A stretch of 64,000 nucleotides of DNA, from contig OY969099.1 of the NCBI GenBank assembly GCA_963697875.1, positions 986,736-1,050,735 on the forward strand, in the 5' to 3' direction. Each line of letters starts with the position of its first letter. Within the stretch, counting starts at the first letter, position 1. Source of the DNA: an uncultured Actinomycetes bacterium (GTDB lineage Bacteria; Actinomycetota; UBA4738; HRBIN12). The position numbers and the translations under genes were made by a program. This document shows positions 59,494-64,000 of the stretch, in pieces. A model generated the notes under the pieces. The model was not told the origin of the DNA. It saw only the letters and a program-made list of their open reading frames with translations, and did not search any database.

Positions 59494-61855
59494 TTGTCCA
59501 TGTCCGTGCAGGAACGCGCCGAGGTCGACCCGGTGCGCGGGCTCAGCTCCGAGGAGGTCGCGGAACGCGTCGCGAGCGGCGCCGTCAACGACGTCCCCCC
59601 CGTCCCCACCCGGACGGTGGCGCAGATCGTCCGCGCCAACGTCTTCACACGGTTCAACGCGATCCTGGGCGCGATGCTCGCGGTGATCCTCGTGGTCGGG
59701 CCGCTCCAAGACGCGCTGTTCGGGCTCGTGCTGGTCGCCAACACATCGATCGGGATCGTCCAGGAGCTGCGCGCCAAGCGGACGCTGGAACGCCTCACCG
59801 TACTCACCGCACCGAGCGCCCGTGTCGTTCGCGACGGCAGCGTCGGGGAGATCGCCGTCAACCACCTGGTGCTCGACGACGTGCTCGAGGTCTCGGCCGG
59901 ATCGCAGATCGCCGTCGACGGCGTCGTCGTCGCGGGCACCGCGATGGAGGTCGACGAGTCGCTCCTGACCGGCGAGTCCGACCCCGTGCCGAAGCAGCCC
60001 GGCGGCGAGTTGCTCTCGGGCTCGTTCGTCGCCGCGGGCGCCGGACGCTATCGGGCCACGCGGGTCGGCCATGACGCGTACGCGGTGCGACTCGCGGAGG
60101 ACGCACGCCGGTTCACACTCACGCGCTCCGAGCTGCGATCCGGGATCGATCGGATCCTTCTGTACGTCACGCTCGCGATCGTGCCCACGGCGGCGTTGCT
60201 GTTCGTGAGCCAGCTGCGCACGCACGACAGTTGGCGCGCGGCCGTGTCGGGCGCCGTCGCGGGCACCGTCGCGATGGTTCCCGAGGGGCTCGTCCTGCTG
60301 ACGTCGGTCGCGTTCGCGGTGGCCGTCATGAGTCTCGCTCGGCGTCGCGTGCTGGTCCAAGAGCTCCCCGCCGTCGAGGGGCTCGCGCGGGTCGACGTGC
60401 TGTGCATCGACAAGACCGGAACGCTGACGGAGGGACGGCTCGAGGTCGAGCGGGTCGATCGGTCGCCACACGCCGATGCCGCGGCCCGCTCGGCGCGGTC
60501 GCCGGCGCCGACGCAGCGCCGAACGCCACCTGAGGGCCATCGCGGCGGCGTTCGCCCGGCCCGACGGGTGGGACGCGGATCGCCACGATCGCGTTCTCCT
60601 CGGGCGGGCGTGGAGCGCCGCCGCGTTCCGGGATCGAGGCACGTGGGTGCTCGGCGCGCCGGAGGTCCTGCTCGGCCCCGTCGACGGGCGCCGCGACGCG
60701 CTGGACGATCTCGCCCGGCAGGGCAAGCGCGTCGTCCTCCTCGCGAGGGCCGAGGCGCCCGACGATGAACGCCTGCCGGTCGGTCTGCAGCCCGTCGCCG
60801 CCGTGATCCTGGCCGACCGCATCCGACCCGATGCCGAGGCGACCCTGCGGTACTTCGCCGAACAGGGCGTCGAGGTGAAGGTCCTATCCGGCGACAATCC
60901 GCACACCGTCGGAGCCATCGCGGGCGCCGGCTCGGCCTGGCCGGAGCCGGCTCGCCGTTCGACGCCCGCGAGCTCGCGGAGGGCGGATCGGGGCTCGCCG
61001 AGGCGCTCGAGACCCGCAGCGTGTTCGGACGGGTGACGCCGCGGCAGAAGCGCGCGATGGTTCGTGCCCTCCAAGAACGCGGCCACACGGTGGCGATGAC
61101 GGGTGACGGCGTGAACGACGCGCTCGCGTTGAAGGAGGCCGACATCGGGATCGCGATGGGGAGCGGCTCGGAGGCGACGCGCGCGGTGGCACAGCTGGTC
61201 CTGCTCGACTCGACGTTCGACTCGATCCCGGCGATCGTGGCGGAGGGCCGGCGCGTCCTCGGCAACATCGAGCGCACCTCGGGCCTGTACCTGACCAAGA
61301 CCGTCTACGCGATGATCCTGGCGCTCGCGACGGGTGCGTTGTCCTTCGTCTTCCCGTTCCTCCCGCGTCATCTGACGCTGATCGGCGCCCTGACGATCGG
61401 CATCCCCGTCGTTCTTCCTCGCGCTCGCACCCAACACCGAGCGGTTCCGGCCGGGGTTCGTGCGGCGCGTGCTGCGATTCGCGGTTCCCACCGGGGCGGT
61501 GGTTGCCGTCGCCACCCTGTTCGCCTATCGGCTGGCCGCGCGTGAGCCCGGGGTGACGCTCGAGCAGGCGCAGACGGCCGCAGTGATGACGCTGACCTGG
61601 ATGGGCTTCGCGGTCTTGATGATCGTGGCGGCGCCTCTGACCGCCTGGCGACTCACGCTGGTCTGGGCGATGGCCGGTCTGTTCGTCCTGGCGGTCGCCT
61701 TCCCCGCGTCGCGCGCGTTCTTCGCGCTGTCGATCCCCCCGCTGATCGTGTGGCTGGCCGGCATCGGGATCGCGGCGATCACATGGTCGCTCGCGCGACT
61801 GTTCGTTCCGGAGGAGCGACCGGTCGGCCGGCGCTGGCGGGAGATCCAGGGATAG
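59494..61855 (+). pseudogene. Cation-transporting P-type (E1-E2) ATPase disrupted by at least 3 frameshifts (pseudogene or sequencing errors)
   Basis: Motifs are spread over four ORFs in alternating frames: TGES and DKTGTLT (59494-60768), GDNPHTVGAIA (60476-61036), MTGDGVNDALALKEADIGIAMGSGSEA (61021-61545), and the C-terminal TM segments (61460-61855). One shift maps to a CCCC homopolymer at about 61404-61407. Confidence 0.7.
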
Positions 61856-61863
61856 GCGGGGGC

Positions 61864-62559
61864 TCAGAACCCGCCCATGTGCGAGGGGGGCCACGCGATC
61901 AGCACGGCCTTGCCGATCACGTCGTCGATCGGGATGAAGCTCACGCCCTCCTGCTTGGTGGGGTTGACGCCCAACGTCGGGTAGCGCGAGTCGAGTGAGT
62001 TCGCCCTGTTATCCCCCATCACGAAGAGCATGCCGTCGGGGACGTGCACTTTGCACCTACAGGGGAAGTCGCGCGTGCGCTGCGTGAGATACGGCTCGGC
62101 GAGCTGCACGCCGTTGACGAAGACGTGTCCGTGCGCGGCCCAAACCGTGTCCCCGGGAACCCCGATCACTCGCTTGATGAAGTCCTCGTTGTCGGGTTTC
62201 TGAACGCCGAGGTGCTGCCCCAGCCAGTGCACGACGCCGCCCACGAGCCCGCGATCGGGCTCCTTGCCCGGTTTCGGGTCCGAGAACACGATCACGTCGC
62301 CGGCTCGGGGGTCATGGAAGTAATAGGGGATCTGCGTGACCAGGACGCGGTCGCCGACGTCAAGGGTCGCCTCCATCGACTGGCTCGGGATGAAGAACGC
62401 CTGCAGCAGGAAGACCTTGATCAGCAGCGCCAGCACGAGCGCCATGAGCACGAGGCCCGGAAGCTCGCCGAGGAATCGGAGAACGGGGCCGTGGCGCTTC
62501 TCCGCCGCCGCGTCCGGACCGGGAGAGGAGGGCGCCGAACGCTCGGCGTCGGTCTTCAC
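61864..62559 (-). CDS. lepB: Signal peptidase I
   Basis: Ser box IPSQSMEATL, Lys box, and GDNRANSLDSRY. Confidence 0.9.
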   Translation of the reverse strand: MKTDAERSAPSSPGPDAAAEKRHGPVLRFLGELPGLVLMALVLALLIKVFLLQAFFIPSQSMEATLDVGDRVLVTQIPYYFHDPRAGDVIVFSDPKPGKEPDRGLVGGVVHWLGQHLGVQKPDNEDFIKRVIGVPGDTVWAAHGHVFVNGVQLAEPYLTQRTRDFPCRCKVHVPDGMLFVMGDNRANSLDSRYPTLGVNPTKQEGVSFIPIDDVIGKAVLIAWPPSHMGGF

Positions 62560-63647
62560 GGACCAAGGGTACCGGGTTCGCTCGACGGAACCCGCAGGCT
62601 CACCTCGACCGCCTTGAACGACGCGTACGCATGCACGCCCTCCCGGATGCCGAGGCGATCGACCGAGCCCATCGTGATCTCCGCGACGACCGGCGGGGTG
62701 CTGTCCAGGCGGACGCGTGCGCGCTCGCCGTGCACCGCCACCTCGGCCACGCTTCCCTGCAGCACGTTGCGCGGCGACCCCTCCGGCCGGTCGCGATGAA
62801 GCGCGACGTCGGCGGGGCGCAGGGTCGCCAGCACGCCGGGGCGGACGGCGCGTTCGAGGTCGTCGGGCCAGGCGACCACGACCGAGCCCTCGGAGGTTCG
62901 CAGGCGACCGCTGCCGTCATCGAGCGGTTCGAGCGTGCCCTCGAACAGGTTCAGGCCGACCAACTCAGCCGCGTAGGGGGTCAGGGGTGCACGGCGGATC
63001 TGATCCGGCGTGCCGGTCTGCACCAACCGTCCCTCCTCCAGGATCGCGATGCGGTCGGCCAGTGTGAGCGCGTCGACCGGGTCGTGGGTCACGAGCACGC
63101 AGGGCCCCGCGAACCCCTGGAGGACGTCATGGAGGAGTCGGCGAAGGTCGCCCCGAGCCCGGACGTCTACGGCGGACAGCGGTTCGTCCAGGAGTAGCAA
63201 CCGCGGCTCCGACGCGAGCGCTCGCGCCAGGGCGACGCGCTGGCGCTCGCCCCCCGACAGCCCACGCGGTCGCGCGTCCGCCCGCACCGAGGGGGCGAGC
63301 CGTGTGAGCAGCCCGCCTGCTCGTCGCCGCGCATCGCCGGCCCTGTCGCCGCGCGCACGAAGAGGGAAGGCGACGTTCTCGATGGCGGTAAGGTGCGCGA
63401 ACAGCAGCCCGTCCTGGAAGGTGATGCCGATCGGCCTGCGCTGCGGCGGGAGCTCGTGGATCGCGCGACCGTCGAGGACGATCGTGCCTGCCCTGAGCGG
63501 CACGACGCCGGCGAGGGCCTCGACCGCGGTCGACTTGCCCGCGCCGTTGGGGCCGAGGAGCGCGAGCGTCTCGCCGTCGTCGACCGAGAGCGCCAGCTCG
63601 ACGTCGAACCGCGGCCGTTCGACCGTCAGATCGGCTTCCAGCGCCAC
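62556..63647 (-). CDS. modC: ABC transporter ATP-binding protein with a C-terminal TOBE domain (molybdate/sulfate ModC-like)
   Basis: Walker A GPNGAGKST, signature LSGGERQRVALARAL, Walker B LLLLDEP, and a C-terminal TOBE-like region. Confidence 0.8.
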   Translation of the reverse strand: MALEADLTVERPRFDVELALSVDDGETLALLGPNGAGKSTAVEALAGVVPLRAGTIVLDGRAIHELPPQRRPIGITFQDGLLFAHLTAIENVAFPLRARGDRAGDARRRAGGLLTRLAPSVRADARPRGLSGGERQRVALARALASEPRLLLLDEPLSAVDVRARGDLRRLLHDVLQGFAGPCVLVTHDPVDALTLADRIAILEEGRLVQTGTPDQIRRAPLTPYAAELVGLNLFEGTLEPLDDGSGRLRTSEGSVVVAWPDDLERAVRPGVLATLRPADVALHRDRPEGSPRNVLQGSVAEVAVHGERARVRLDSTPPVVAEITMGSVDRLGIREGVHAYASFKAVEVSLRVPSSEPGTLGP

Positions 63648-63650
63648 CGC

Positions 63651-64000
63651 TCACCGGGCCCCGGTCAGGCGGTCGCGGAGCGTCACGAGCACCACGATCG
63701 AAAGCACCACCAGCAGCAGCGAGAGAAGGATCGCCCCTCCGGGGTCCGTCTGGCGCGCCTGGTACACGGCCAGGGGGAGGGTCTGCGTCCGGCCTCGGAG
63801 GTTCCCGGCGAACGTGATGGTGGCTCCGAACTCTCCCAGCGCTCGTGCCCACGTGAGTACGGCGCCCGCCGCGACCTGCGGACCCACCATCGGAAGCGTC
63901 ACGCGGCGGAAGACGTAGGCGGGCGACCCGCCGAGTGCCGCCGCCGCGCCCTCGTACCGCTCGTCGAGCGAGCGAAGTCCGGCCTCCGTCGCGAGGACAA
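63651..64000 (-). CDS. modB: ABC transporter permease (ModB-like), 3' part; the gene continues beyond the window end
   Basis: EAA-loop region (DERYEGAAAALGGSPAYVFRRVTLP) and C-terminal TM segments (LGEFGATITFAGN). The frame is open to the window edge. Confidence 0.7.
   Translation of the reverse strand, partial: VLATEAGLRSLDERYEGAAAALGGSPAYVFRRVTLPMVGPQVAAGAVLTWARALGEFGATITFAGNLRGRTQTLPLAVYQARQTDPGGAILLSLLLVVLSIVVLVTLRDRLTGAR

Noticed and set aside
59056-61515. 819-aa minus-strand ORF
   Set aside because: Antisense to the (frameshifted) P-type ATPase. No motifs.

Overview
This is a high-GC actinobacterial chromosome segment spanning the replication-origin neighbourhood. The plus strand carries rpmH-rnpA-yidD-yidC-jag-rsmG-parA-parB, most with 1-4 bp start/stop overlaps. 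The minus strand carries dnaA-dnaN-recF-DUF721-gyrB-gyrA-DUF3566-tRNA-Ile. DnaA boxes lie in both the dnaA-dnaN and dnaA-rpmH intergenic regions, and a perfect parS palindrome overlaps the rsmG start codon. Downstream of parB the gene order ddl, aminotransferase, PLD-N membrane protein, LLM oxidoreductase, CwlM-like amidase, trxA, trxB, anti-sigma/ECF sigma, MurJ, Rv3909-like protein, TauE, NUDIX, then pilT, cca, a frameshifted P-type ATPase, lepB and modCB resembles the mycobacterial origin-proximal arrangement. The first ~27 kb is accessory or mosaic. tRNA-Ala (529-601) is followed by a ~4.7 kb integrated element carrying a Xer-like tyrosine integrase, a Fic protein, a Ser/Pro-rich repeat protein and decayed repeats, bounded by a 41-nt copy of the tRNA-Ala 5' half. 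A second tRNA-fragment repeat, the 3' 47 nt of tRNA-Ile, brackets a 2.8 kb integrase-less region. Between them lie a GNAT, a large FAD/Fe-S oxidoreductase, a USP, an HxlR-VOC divergent pair, an NSAR/OSBS-GNAT pair, a PEBP protein, a phospholipase C/phosphoesterase lipoprotein, and a secreted BNR/repeat/membrane protein trio. The most unusual feature is a tightly coupled 7-8 gene operon (10926-14818): a MauE-like membrane protein, a 194-aa protein with 25 cysteines, two membrane-anchored CxxC thioredoxin-fold proteins, two unknown proteins and a Tat-signal 10-Cys small protein. It looks like a dedicated redox/oxidative-maturation system for hyper-cysteine-rich exported proteins. It has no obvious amine-dehydrogenase catalytic partner and no RiPP maturase, so it is a candidate undescribed system. 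All calls rest on reading translated ORFs and motifs by eye; no database searches were possible.
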